Assembly: GCA_043228905.1 (NCBI GenBank)
Contig: JBHGNT010000021.1
Location: 10,044,001 to 10,108,000, forward strand
Direction: 5' to 3'
Origin: Azolla caroliniana
Lineage: Eukaryota; Plantae; Polypodiophyta
DNA length: 64,000 nucleotides
Position numbers and translations under genes: made by a program. Below, one piece after another: positions 36,679-48,334 of the stretch. The stretch's first letter is position 1. Each line of letters begins with the position of its first letter. The notes under the pieces were generated by a model. It did not search any database. It worked only from the letters and a program-made list of their open reading frames with translations, and had not been told where the DNA came from.

Positions 36679-38551
36679 CGGATGCCAGACTTGGGAGGAG
36701 TTCGAGCTCCAGCTCCTCGAGAAGTACGGGTTTGACGACTTGCTTCGGCTGATGAGGCGGGACTTCATGGCGTGGGTGGAAAGCCCCGGAAAAGGGAGCA
36801 GCATGTCGATGCTCCTCCAGGAGTTCGAAAAATGGTTCGCGCGGCTGTCGACGCTGGACCAGACAGTGCTCGAAACGAGTCGAGTACTACTATTTGTCAA
36901 GTCGGTGGACGCGCTCGACAGGGAAAAGGTGGGTTCCCTGTTGGAAACGGACGAAGGGCTCACGGCAGACTGGGCCATGGTAAAACGGGTTTGCGGCCGT
37001 TTCGACAAACGGCGCGATTGCAGCGACGGAAGCTCGTCGAGGTCAGGGCCGGTCCCGGGGAGGAGGCTCGAGGAGCCGGTATCGGTGCCAGCTGGTAGGA
37101 AGGAAGAGAGCCGAATTTGGCTAGAGTCGGGGTCGGCATCGAATGACACGGTCAGAGGCCCATCCGGAGGAGCGGCTTTGGAGGAGCTGACACAGATGGT
37201 GCGTGACCTGTAGATCGCATAGGCCCGGAGAGACAGCGGCAAACAACCTCGCGACCGGAGGCCGCCGGCTGGGCAACGGTGCATGTGGTGTGACGCGATC
37301 GGTCACATTCGGAAGGATTGCGCGGATTTCGCCGACATGCTCAGGACCAACATGGTGTACCTCTGGAACGGGCGGGTGCACGCGAGCGAGACCCGGAGAG
37401 CCCTAGAACTAAATGCGGCGCGCGGCGGAATGAAGAGGTTGATGGAAGAGGCCGCGACACGGCACGTTGAAGCCGTTAACTACTCGGTATCGGCGGGAAT
37501 TCGGGTCGGGGGTGATGAGGCCCGGAAGGCAAAGGACTCCGTATTCTGGCCGCTAGTGCTAGAAGGCCTCTCCGGAGTTCGGCTGAAGAAGGAAGAGGTG
37601 GACCACGCGGAACAGCGGGTCCAGGAGGTCACTGGTTGGGAAGATCCGGTTGAAGAGAAAACGGGCTTCGTAGAAGCCGCTTGCCAGAACTACGAGGTTC
37701 TGGTGGAAGACAAACGGGCAGGAAAGGCCGGAGGGGTCGGTCCCCCGCAGAGGTATCAGACCCGGTTCGGACCGAAACTGACCGGTGCCGGCAACCCAGG
37801 CGCGCCGGACGGAAAGAAGCAGACGGGGTTTCGATTGAGCATCGAAATCGAAAGGACCACAAACCTGCGAAAGGTCCTGAAGGAACGTATCCTCGACAGT
37901 AAAGTGGAGTTGTCGTTGTGGGAGGTGCTGGGAATCGCCAAGAGGGAGTTCCACGACTCCATCGTAGACTTGGTGAAGCGAAAGAGGCTCTCGACGGAGC
38001 CGGAACCGAAGAAGCTGGTGGAGGTGCGAACCACGCACTTGGAAGACGCGACCCTAGAAGACGAGTTGGCGGGAAGCCACTACACGAAGCCGCATTGGGC
38101 TAGGGCAACTACGGAAACCCCTGTACGGATCGGCAACGTTCCGGAACCGGTGGTGGCGTTGGTAGACCATGGATCCGAAATCAACCTGATGTCCATGGAT
38201 TTCTACAAGAGGGGTAAATGGCCGATCAACACCAAGCACGGCTGGAAAATACGGGCAGCGACGCGCGCCACAGAAGAACTACATAGGGCTTGTCCGAACA
38301 TACAAGTGAAAATCGACGATGTCGAGATCGACCAGCACTTCTTCGTGCAGGAGACGTCCTCGCATCCGGTTATACTAGGAGAGCCATACATCACGGCGGC
38401 ACAGATGGAGACCAAGGTGTTGGACAACGGTTCGGCCTATGCAAGAGTCAAGAGCCAGGACGGGCGTCACTCGGTCCAGTTCCTAACGATGCGACCAAAC
38501 CATGAGCGTAACCGCGAGGCTCTCGACGGCGAAACCCGAGGGGATTTTTAA
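36679..38551 (+). pseudogene. Element B gag (continued) with Zn knuckle, DUF4100-like segment and aspartic protease
   Basis: CMWCDAIGHIRKDC, ELNAARGGMKRLMEE, protease ALVDHGSEINLM...VILGEPY; two TAG stops near 37211-37222. Confidence 0.82.
38542..38551 (+). promoter_or_regulatory. Putative -1 ribosomal frameshift slippery site G-GAT-TTT followed by TAA
   Basis: Correct phase at the gag-pro stop; the -1 frame is open into pol once the 38596-44599 insertion is removed. Confidence 0.7.
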
Positions 38552-39087
38552 AGAGGGCTATCAAGGCGTGGGGCCGCGATAGTCCGGACACCCGATGTCG
38601 CGTTGCTACGCGCGTGCGTGGAGAAACGAGGCGGGACCACCGGGGTCTTGAACCGAAGAGCAGGTGTTAGGATGGGAAAGAGAAAGAGAGAGACGACCAG
38701 TTACGTATGAGCAAAGAGACACAAGGGGGGACGGCCTGTCAATGCAGAAAACACGAATGGACATAGAGACAGAGAGACACGAATGTTTGTATATTAACAA
38801 ATGACACAAAAGAACAGAGCACGCGAGCGGTTACAACCGAACAGGCCAGCGAACAGATGCCGATGCCTGTTCGTCTGCGCACGAAAGGGGATAGGATGGA
38901 GGTGCTGCCGGAAGCACACGGGCGTTCCTCGAAGCAGCGCAAGCCTCACGAAAACTCTGCAGAGTGATGGAGAATGAACAGAGGAGAAGTGTTCGGTTAT
39001 GGTTCGACACCACTTCGTCCTCCTCAATGCGCGATCCCTTCTCCCCCGCGTCTCCCTCTCTTTTATAGCTTCCGGAAGGGAGCCGTC

Positions 39088-42000
39088 TGTCGAATACATG
39101 TGTATAATGGACGTATTCACACCATCCCGTTTTGGCCATTTATGTAATTAGCATAAAGGGCAGTTGCCCTAAGTCGGTCACTATATATAGTGACCTTGTA
39201 ACCTCTTTGTGAGGTTGGTTGTTGTATTGTTGCTCTATGAAATAAGAAACTCTTTTGTGTCTCTCTCTCTCTCTCTCTCTGTGCAACGACCTACATTCTG
39301 TCATACACAGGGAATAAACAGGAATCGAGTGCTTCAAGATCTTCCGCACAGACGACATTGCTTCCAACATCTGGTATCAGAGCCTGCACAGTAGTCGGTT
39401 CTTCAATCCGCTGTCGGCCGTCGTCTCTGCATTCGGTTCCCTGCGTCATTCGAAGAAGAGAGAAGAAGAAGAAAAACCAGGTTTGCATCTCATCGCGTTA
39501 GATCATCTTTGTTTGGAGTAAGCCAGCAGGTTGTACTCCGCTCCCCGTGATCGTAACCGCTCGAGGTGAAATCCCCTTGTGCAACCCTGACAACAACCCA
39601 AATTCATGCTTCATCTGGCTGATCGACATTCGGGAGGATCAGTCGGATCCGTCTCTCTCGTCGCTGCAGTCAACCGAAGCAAAATCGGTTCAGATAATCG
39701 GTTTTAATAATCGGTATTCGGCATATATATCCGAAACGAACCGGGCTCACTCCGACTCGGCAACATTCGGGAAGACCAGTCGGTTCTGTCCCTCAAGTTA
39801 CCGGAGTCAATTCGAGCAAGTTCCGAAGCCGAACCGACTCGGGTTCAAATCCGACTAGAACGATATCGGGTGAGCCAACCGGCTGCACTCCAACAAGGTT
39901 CGTAGTCAACTCCGAACCGAGCTTCGTCAACTGAAACCGAATTTGATGGCATCAACATCCGGCTCGTCAGAAATGAGTCTACGAAAGTTCGATGGATCGA
40001 ACTTCAACTTCTGGAAGGAACAAATGCAGGACTATCTCATAGTCAAGGGGCAGATCGATCCCATCGAAAATGAAGAACCTCCAGAAGGATTCAAACCAAT
40101 TGAGTGGCAGAAGCTGGACAGAATCGTCCGCGCCACGATTCGGATGCACCTATCGGAATCGGTATACTTTACGGTGCAATCGTGTACGACAGCATTCGAA
40201 CTGTGGAAAACGCTGTCGGACACTTACGAAAAGAAGGTCGCCGCAACAAAGATGTTTCTGATCCGGCGCCTCTACAACTTGCGGATGAAAGAATCCGATT
40301 CGGTTCAAGCACACCTCAATGAGTACGAAAGCATAAGCTCCCAAATCTCGTCACAGGGGACGGCAATCGAGGATGAGCTCAGAGCAATGATACTCATGAG
40401 CAGCCTTCCCCCATCATGGGAAACTTTCGTCACAACCGTGTGCAACGCGTCAACCACGGCTGTTAAATACTCCGAAGTCACGAGCGCAATCCTGACCGAA
40501 GCAGCTCGGAGAAAGTCTTTCGCCAAAGACTCAACAGACGACGCCTACGTAGTACAAGGTTCGACAGACCGATCGAACATACGAGGAAGAGATTCCTCAC
40601 GACCGCCGAACAATCAGCGAAGACGGAGCCAGTCACGGGATAACCGAACCTGCAACTATTGCAAGAAACCCGGACACATCAAAGCCGACTGCCGCGCACT
40701 CAAGAACAAGAACAACAAGAAGAGTGGCCGGCATGAGGAGGTCAACTACGTCAGCTTCTCAGCTGATGTGCTACCAGACGACCCGAATATACTATCAATC
40801 GAAAATCCAGTCGGATCAGAAGTTCTACTCACGACTGAAGAGTCGAGCACATGGCTCTTAGATTCGGGCGCGTCGTTTCACGTGACTCCTCATCGATCCC
40901 AATTTCGGCAATATACGATCCGTCACTCCGACTCAGTTCGAGTCGGTAACTCGCAACACTGCGACATCATCGGAATCGGCACAGTAGAGCTCAACCTTGC
41001 AGGTGGCTCAACACTTGTACTCCACAATGTCCGACATGTACCCGAGCTCACAAGGCCATTGATCTCAGTCGGACAACTAGATGAAGACGGCATTCGTGCC
41101 GGTTTTTCTTCGGGAGGGTGGACACTCCACAGGGGGAACCTCCTGCTTGCTAGAGGACCTAAAATACACTCACTGTATCCGTTACATGTTACGCTCAGAG
41201 AGGGTAACCTGTTTCTGGTGGATATTCCTGTGTCATCACTATGGCACCGAAGATTAGGACACCTCAGCAAGGCCGGCATCACGCACCTATCTAGAGCCGG
41301 GTACATCCCCAAACTCTCCTTCTCCGACCATCAATTCTGCGAGCATTGCCAGTATGGCAAACAAGTAGCCGCATCACACCCGACATCAGCACCAAAAGAA
41401 ACGAGACCTCTCGATTTAGTCCATTCGGACGTCTGTGGCCCAATGCCGCATCAGTCTCTTGGCGGTGCCTCTTACTTCGTCAGTTTTATTGACGATTCGA
41501 CTCGAAAGGTGTGGGCTTATCCGATTCGCACCAAAGATCGTGTCTTCTCGATCTTCACCGATTGGCTCGCTATGGTAGAAAATCAAACCGACCGAAAGCT
41601 GAAATGCCTTCGGACCGACAATGGGGGAGAGTTCAAATCAGAAGAATTCGTCAAATTCTGCCGACAACGCGGCATCCGACGTGAATTTACGGCACCACAC
41701 AGTCCGGAGCAAAACGGGATTGCAGAACGAATGAATCGGACGATCCAAGAAAGGATAGTTTCCATGCTCCAACACTCCGGACTGTCGGATGGCTTCTGGG
41801 CAGAGGCTCTACTCACGGCAGTACACATAATCAATATGTCGCCAAGTAGACCTCTAGGACTTCAAATTCCTCAGGAACTATGGATCGGCAGTAAGCCGAA
41901 TTACGACAAGCTGAGGATCTTCGGATGCGAGGCGTACGCCCTTATTCCGAAAGATGATCGCCGAAAACTTGCACCTCGGTCCAGGAAATGCATTTTCCTT

Positions 42001-44434
42001 GGATATGGATCAGACGGCGAAATGGGATACCGACTCTGGGACCCCGAACGCAGACAAATCGTCCGAAGTTCGGACGTTGTGTTCAACGAGTCGGCTATGA
42101 ACCCATCAGTCGAAAAACCAATCGAAGTCCGAAGGGTAACATTCTCCGATGTGCCGACCCTTCAAGAAGGCCCCGCTCTCAACACACGGTCAGCTTCACG
42201 GGTAGCTGAACCTTATACTACCGACTCGGACAACTCTGACTCGGCACAGCCGAATGATTCGGTTTCGGACCATCCGACCTCGATACCCGATGCGACCAGT
42301 CCAATCATACCTCGACGATCCGAGAGACTGTCGCAACCTCCGGAGAGGTACTCTCCTGGAATTTTCTTCACCGACGCCGGCGAACCGACGTCTTACGAAG
42401 AAGCATCGACATCTGTCGATTCGGCCACATGGCATCTGGCGATGGAGTCGGAAATGCACTCCATTCGGGCAAACAAGACTTGGGATCTGGTCGAATTACC
42501 TAGGAACCGACGTGCTCTTCCTTGCAAGTGGGTTTATCGAATCAAAGAGACGTCTGATTCGACCACCCCAAAGTACAAGGCCAGATTAGTTGCGAAGGGC
42601 TTCCGACAAGAATATGGCGTCGACTTCGACGAGATTTTTTCACCAGTGGTGAAAATGACAACCCTTCGTTTTCTGCTCGGCGTCGTGGCAGCCGACAACT
42701 TGGAGCTGATTCAGCTAGATGTCAAAACAGCCTTCCTCCATGGTGATCTCGAGGAGGAAATTTATATGGAGCAGCCCAAAGGCTTCGTGGCCACCGGCCA
42801 AGAACATCTAGTCTGCCGACTCCGGAAGAGTCTATACGGCCTCAAACAGGCACCGCGACAATGGTACAAGAAGTTCGACGACTTCATCCAATCGATCGGC
42901 TTCTCCAAAAGCGATGAGGACCATTGTCTCTTCACCAACACAGCTCAAGATGGTTCACCCATCTTCCTCATCATTTACGTGGACGACATGCTAATTTCTG
43001 GACGCCACGCGGGCGAACTTGCCGATCTCGTTCGGCAACTGCGGTTGAAGTTTGCCATGAAGGACCTCGGTCCGGCACGACACATCCTTGGCATGAAGAT
43101 CAGTCGGCATCGCGATAAACGACATCTTTTTTTGTCTCAGACCGACTATATCGGACGTGTCTTGGAACGCTTCAACATGCAATCAGCCAAATCTGCTTCA
43201 ACCCCGCTCCCAATGAATCTTCGGCTCTCTCAGCGAGACTGCCCGACATCCGGCCCGGAGGGGGAAGATATGAAGTCGGTACCGTATGCACCGGCAGTCG
43301 GCTCCCTTATGTACCTGATGGTCGCGACACGGCCTGATATTTCTCACGCCGTAGGAGTCGTTAGCAGATTTATGCACAACCCTGGCCGATCGCATTGGAA
43401 CGCAGTCAAGCATGTGTTCAGATATCTGGTTGGCACAAAAGACCATGGCATTCTTTTCGGTCCGAACCGAACCTCAGGCGTAGTCGGTTACACCGACTCG
43501 GACTTCGCCGGCTGTATAGACAGTCGGAAATCAACAACCGGATACTGCTTCAAATTCGGCAATGGAGCAATCTCGTGGAAGTCGAAACTTCAGGAGTGCA
43601 CAGCGACCTCAACGACCGAAGCAGAATATGTAGCCGCGTCCGACGCAGCAAAAGAAGCTTTGTGGCTCGGTCGGCTGGCGCACACGTTTCGACAAGTCGA
43701 ACATGACTCGGCTCCAGTCGTCTACAGCGACAGTCAAGGTGCTGTTGCCTTGTCGAAAAATCCGGTTCACCACAACGCCTCCAAACATATCGACGTTCGA
43801 TATCACTTCGTTCGGGACTGCGTCATTTCAGGGAAAATCGGTCTAGAGAAAATATCCACAACCGATAATGTCGCAGATGGAATGACCAAATGTCTCTCGG
43901 CAGACCGTTTTCGGTCTCTTCGGCATCAGATGGGCGTAACGACAAACCAGTCCGGTTAGAGCCGGACACAGAGCAGGATGGTTCCCGACAACCGACATCA
44001 GTTCCTTAATGATCGGCTTCAACTGTTCCGACCCGACCAGTTCGGTCTTCTGTCTTCGGATCCTGCCGACTCGAACAAAGCTGATATGTCCGAGAACCTA
44101 AGTCTATACCTGTAATCTTAGATAACCCATGTATACGCCCATTACGGGGGAGTGTCGAATACATGTGTATAATGGACGTATTCACACCATCCCGTTTTGG
44201 CCATTTATGTAATTAGCATAAAGGGCAGTTGCCCTAAGTCGGTCACTATATATAGTGACCTTGTAACCTCTTTGTGAGGTTGGTTGTTGTATTGTTGCTC
44301 TATGAAATAAGAAACTCTTTTGTGTCTCTCTCTCTCTCTCTCTCTGTGCAACGACCTACATTCTGTCATACACAGGGAATAAACAGGAATCGAGTGCTTC
44401 AAGATCTTCCGCACAGACGACATTGCTTCCAACA
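39088..44434 (+). mobile_element. Intact full-length Copia (Tnt1/Tork-like), copy C2
   Basis: 282-bp LTRs 39088-39369 and 44153-44434, identical by eye; TSD CCGTC; PBS TGGTATCAGAGC 39372-39383; PPT GGGGGAG. Confidence 0.97.
39946..43959 (+). CDS. Copia gag-pol polyprotein (gag, PR, IN, RT, RNase H), intact
   Basis: Uninterrupted ORF of about 1337 aa from the ATG; CNYCKKPGHIKADC, WLLDSGAS, HRRLGH...CEHC, RTDNGGEF, IIYVDDML, GYTDSDFAG, SKHIDVRYH. Confidence 0.97.
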   Translation: MASTSGSSEMSLRKFDGSNFNFWKEQMQDYLIVKGQIDPIENEEPPEGFKPIEWQKLDRIVRATIRMHLSESVYFTVQSCTTAFELWKTLSDTYEKKVAATKMFLIRRLYNLRMKESDSVQAHLNEYESISSQISSQGTAIEDELRAMILMSSLPPSWETFVTTVCNASTTAVKYSEVTSAILTEAARRKSFAKDSTDDAYVVQGSTDRSNIRGRDSSRPPNNQRRRSQSRDNRTCNYCKKPGHIKADCRALKNKNNKKSGRHEEVNYVSFSADVLPDDPNILSIENPVGSEVLLTTEESSTWLLDSGASFHVTPHRSQFRQYTIRHSDSVRVGNSQHCDIIGIGTVELNLAGGSTLVLHNVRHVPELTRPLISVGQLDEDGIRAGFSSGGWTLHRGNLLLARGPKIHSLYPLHVTLREGNLFLVDIPVSSLWHRRLGHLSKAGITHLSRAGYIPKLSFSDHQFCEHCQYGKQVAASHPTSAPKETRPLDLVHSDVCGPMPHQSLGGASYFVSFIDDSTRKVWAYPIRTKDRVFSIFTDWLAMVENQTDRKLKCLRTDNGGEFKSEEFVKFCRQRGIRREFTAPHSPEQNGIAERMNRTIQERIVSMLQHSGLSDGFWAEALLTAVHIINMSPSRPLGLQIPQELWIGSKPNYDKLRIFGCEAYALIPKDDRRKLAPRSRKCIFLGYGSDGEMGYRLWDPERRQIVRSSDVVFNESAMNPSVEKPIEVRRVTFSDVPTLQEGPALNTRSASRVAEPYTTDSDNSDSAQPNDSVSDHPTSIPDATSPIIPRRSERLSQPPERYSPGIFFTDAGEPTSYEEASTSVDSATWHLAMESEMHSIRANKTWDLVELPRNRRALPCKWVYRIKETSDSTTPKYKARLVAKGFRQEYGVDFDEIFSPVVKMTTLRFLLGVVAADNLELIQLDVKTAFLHGDLEEEIYMEQPKGFVATGQEHLVCRLRKSLYGLKQAPRQWYKKFDDFIQSIGFSKSDEDHCLFTNTAQDGSPIFLIIYVDDMLISGRHAGELADLVRQLRLKFAMKDLGPARHILGMKISRHRDKRHLFLSQTDYIGRVLERFNMQSAKSASTPLPMNLRLSQRDCPTSGPEGEDMKSVPYAPAVGSLMYLMVATRPDISHAVGVVSRFMHNPGRSHWNAVKHVFRYLVGTKDHGILFGPNRTSGVVGYTDSDFAGCIDSRKSTTGYCFKFGNGAISWKSKLQECTATSTTEAEYVAASDAAKEALWLGRLAHTFRQVEHDSAPVVYSDSQGAVALSKNPVHHNASKHIDVRYHFVRDCVISGKIGLEKISTTDNVADGMTKCLSADRFRSLRHQMGVTTNQSG

Positions 44435-44599
44435 CCGTCTCCCTCATTTACTTCCTACCTACCGAATCTAACTACCCCCGGATATGCCTATGTACCTAAT
44501 TCCCTATTATATACATTAAAGGGTGCACACGCGTGAAGAGCCGGTTCACGCGCGCTATGCACCGATTGCGCTAAGGGACGGTTTTCTTCACGACACCGG

Positions 44600-47585
44600 G
44601 AGAAACCCCACAAATGTACAGTACGGAAGAAGACCTGTACCATAGGTAGGAAATTTTGGTTCTCCGACAACGGAGGTTGTACTATGGCCGGCGTCAACGG
44701 TCGGGAAAGGAAGCGAGCGGAGGAGCGGCTCAGGGGATGTGGAGTCCTCTTCCCCGACGAAGACATCAACGGCGCCGTGGAGGCGGTCTCTTTTGACGAC
44801 ACCTTGGGCGAGTTGCGAAAGGTGATCGGTGAAGACCTTAGAGAAGACTGGACCGTTCCGGTAGGTTTGATGGGAATGTACGAAGTCATTGCGGACTTCG
44901 GGGAAAGGATCGGGTTGGATCGGACGGCCTGCGTGGATACAAAGTACAAGACTGTGGACCGGAAGGTGAGGCCAGTCACGGCACCCTTGCCGGAGGGCAG
45001 CGAGGAGCGGATAAAAGGGGTCGCGTCGGACCCTAGTTTACGGAATCCGGCTGGCATAGGGCACCGGTTCACCGACATAACGCTACGGGAGCTCAAGGTC
45101 GGTGGGGGTGGCTTTCTACTACCGACGGAGGAGGACAGGTTTCGGAGAATGCTCGGAAGGCATAGGAAAGCCTTCACGTTCTCGCTGGAGGAGATTGGGT
45201 GTGTGGACCCGACGATCGTCGAACCAATGGTGATCTTCACGGTACCGCATGTACCGTGGAATCTCAAACCGATTCCGGTGCCGACAACTCAGATCTTGAA
45301 GTTGATGGAGGTTCTGAAGCAGAAGGTGGAGATGGGCATCCTCGAACCGTCGAGTGCCCCGTATTCGAATCGGTTGTTTACGGTGCCGAAGAAGAACGAC
45401 ACGTTGCGCTTCATTCAGGACCAACAACTGGTCAACAGGGTGACCATCCGTAATGTAGGAATCGGCCCGACCATAGACGAGTTCGCGGAGGCCTTCTCTA
45501 GAAGGTCGATCTATTTGGTCGGTGACTTATACTCGGGATACGACCAGTTCCAGCTAGCCGTGGAGAGCAGGGATATCACGACGATGCGAACTCCTCTGGG
45601 CCTGGTACGAATTTGCACCCTACCACAAGGCAGAACGAATTCGGTGGCGCATATGGTGAACGCAATGAACAAGGTGCTTAGGGACTGCATCCCGGACATC
45701 CCGGCTCTCCGTAAAGCGGTTTACGGCAAGGATGTCCCCATTTGCGTGACGGTGGACACCAGCCCGACCGGGATCGAGTGGGTAATCAGTCAGGAGGACA
45801 AGGACGGCGTACGATTCCCAATCCGGTTCGAGGCGAAGGTATTGAGCGAGCGGCAGCAAGGATACGCCCAAGTTAAGCGCGAGCTTTGGGGTGTCGTTTT
45901 GGCAGTCAAGGCCGACAAGGACTATCTAATCGGGACTGAGGTGATCATCGAGACGGATTGCCTGCCGATACTCGGCATGGTTTCTGGATGCGCGACGCCA
46001 GACCTAACAATGCTTCGGTGGATAGCGTACATTAAGTCCCTAAACCCGGAGATACGGCACATCTCCGGAAAGGATAATGCCATGGCCGACATGCTTTCGA
46101 GAGCAAGGTTCAACGACGAAGACGACATGGTTTCAGATGACGAAGAAGTCGGCGGGGACTTTTTCGGGTCGGCTAACGTAGCGACGAGGGAAAGAGACAC
46201 TCTGGTGCTTAACGAATATGACGAAAGCAGGTATGATGGGGAGTGGCTCCAAATCGGGAGGTTCCTACGAATGATGACGCCGGACGCAACATGGACGAGA
46301 GAAGAGGTGAGCCGGGTACGGAAGAAGGTGTACCGATTCTTCCTGCGGGACAAGTGCATATGGAGGCACCCAAAGAAGAGAAACGGCATCCCGCTCCAAG
46401 TAGTGACAAAGAAAGAAGAGCAGGAGGAACTACTAGCGGCATTTCACAAGAGTCCTTGGGTCGGGCACAGCAGAACGTGGGCCACGTTCGAGAAGCTGAA
46501 GGAGAAGTACTGGTGGCCGGGGCTGTACCAGGACATGCATCGGTTCGTAACGACTTGTGAAAGCTGTCAGTTGCACTCCACAGTCCGACATCGGGACAAG
46601 CTACACCCGACCTACCCGCCTACGGTCCATTTCAAGTGGATGGTGGACTTGGTGACAATGTCGATGGGAGTAGGACAGATGCGATACCTGGTGCTTGCAC
46701 GGGAAGACTTAACGAACCAAGTTGAAGGCCGTGCACTACAGAACAAAACAACCGCGGCGGTATGCCGATTCCTGATCGAAGAGGTAGTGTGTCAGTATGG
46801 GTGAGTCGGGAGGATCGTGGCGGACCGGGGAGAGCTGGATGCGCGGGAAGCTGAGGAGCTGTTCGACCAGCTAGGCGTCAAACTCTCCCTTACTATGGCG
46901 TACAATCCGAAGACGAACGGAAAGGTAGAACGTGGGCACGGGCCGATCGTAAAGGCGTTGGTGCATGCATGCAGAGGGCAGGTCGGGGATTGGCCGCGGT
47001 TCCTTCCTTACGCACTATGGGCGGACTGAACTACGCACAGTTCGGTGACAGGGTTTATGCCGGCAGAGCTGATGTACGGACAGAAGCCGATCATGCCGGT
47101 GGAACAGACGGTTTCTTCATGGGCGGCGGTAGATTGGAAGGACGAGATGAGTCGGGAGGAGTTGCTGGCGGTGCAGATTCAGCAACTCGAGCGGAGGCCA
47201 GAGCACATGAAACGGGCAAAGGAAAAGTTGCGAGCGGCGAGGGAACGGAACAAGACCCGGTTCAACCAGACACACCGGTTGCGACCAAAGAAGATCGAGG
47301 AAGGCGACTGGGTCTTGGTGTACGACAGCAGCCTCGACAATCAGCACAAGGTGGTGCGAAAGTTCATGAGGAGATGGTTCGGGCCCTACACGGTAACATG
47401 CGCGAATGACAATGACACATACCACCTCGCGGAACTTGACGAGACACGACTAGCAGTACCGGTGGCCGGGAAGCGGATCAAAGCGTTCAAGAAGTGGTTC
47501 GAGGACGAGCCAGACCTAGAGGGCGTGGACGAGAGCCACGACGACGATCAGTTCGGGCCGGCAAAGAATCGGAGAGCGCCGACTG
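44600..47585 (+). pseudogene. Element B pol (RT with internal deletion, RNase H, integrase)
   Basis: VGDLYSGYDQF, LPQGRTNS; YxDD region deleted near 45.7 kb; RNase H VTVDTS...ETDCLPI; integrase H..H..CESC, ADRGE, WFGPY; stops at 46804 and 47029. Confidence 0.88.
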
Positions 47586-48231
47586 AAGCTGGTTTTCTTC
47601 GTTATCAACCCGTCTCTGGTGCATGCCGATGGATGCGTGGTTTGGTGGGGGCGGATGTCGTGAAGAAAACCGGCCATAGGTGGATTCGGGCAAAAAGGCG
47701 CATGAACCGGCTCTTACACGGATGGACGCATGAATTGATATTTTGATATTGATTCATAAATGGATCAACTGATGTAAATACTAAGTAGTGCACATTTATT
47801 AGGGGGGATTGTGCGTATCTCTGTCAGAAGGGACAGGGAATAAAGTGATTTGACTAGGGAGAAAGCCCCCCCCCCCCCTTTTTGGGAACTATTTAAGGAG
47901 AGGAGAGAGGGGAGAAAAAAAGATCGCGCGTTGGCGAGGACGGAGTGCTGCTGCAGAACCGAGTACCTCTCTCTCTCTCTCCTCCTCAAATCGTCGTTCT
48001 TTGCGGGTGTCGAGAGTTCGTTGCCTCTGCTTCGTGGCCAACCCGTGTGCTTCCAGTAGACTCTCTCTCCTTCCCCTTTCCCCTTGGTTTCTTCGAGTCG
48101 TGTGGCTATCGTCGGTGTGCGTGAGTAGGACCCCGTGTCGGGTCCATTACCGAGTTGCCGGTTGTAAGCTGTTGACTATAGTACTCATATTCCTGTTTTC
48201 ATTGCTCTTGATCTCTCTCTATGTACTTGCA

Positions 48232-48271
<40 letters not shown>

Positions 48272-48334
48272 TGGTCCGAGACCCCCGTGGTCCCACCTCT
48301 TTCTACACGCACACGCATAACAACGCGACACCGG

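Larger units (their letters stand above)
38596..44595 (-). mobile_element. Solo LTR of the element-B family (antisense), split by Copia C2
   Basis: Reverse strand starts TGTCGTGAAGAAAACCG like 47656 and ends ...AACGCGACA; flanks CCGA / CCGG; pieces 38596-39087 and 44440-44595. Confidence 0.85.
30026..48330 (+). mobile_element. Ty3/Gypsy element B (DUF4100-type gag-pro, then pol), 4-bp TSD CCGG, carrying three nested insertions
   Basis: TG at 30026, LTR to 30760, PBS TGGTGAACCCGACATGA 30765-30781 (tRNA-Trp type); PPT TTTGGTGGGGGCGGA, LTR 47656-48330; CCGG on both flanks; removing it restores the host ORF. Confidence 0.85.

Noticed and set aside
44488-45267. Long antisense ORFs over Gypsy and Copia pol (also 36601-37284, 59372-60064)
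   Set aside because: Expected from GC-rich codon usage on the coding strand
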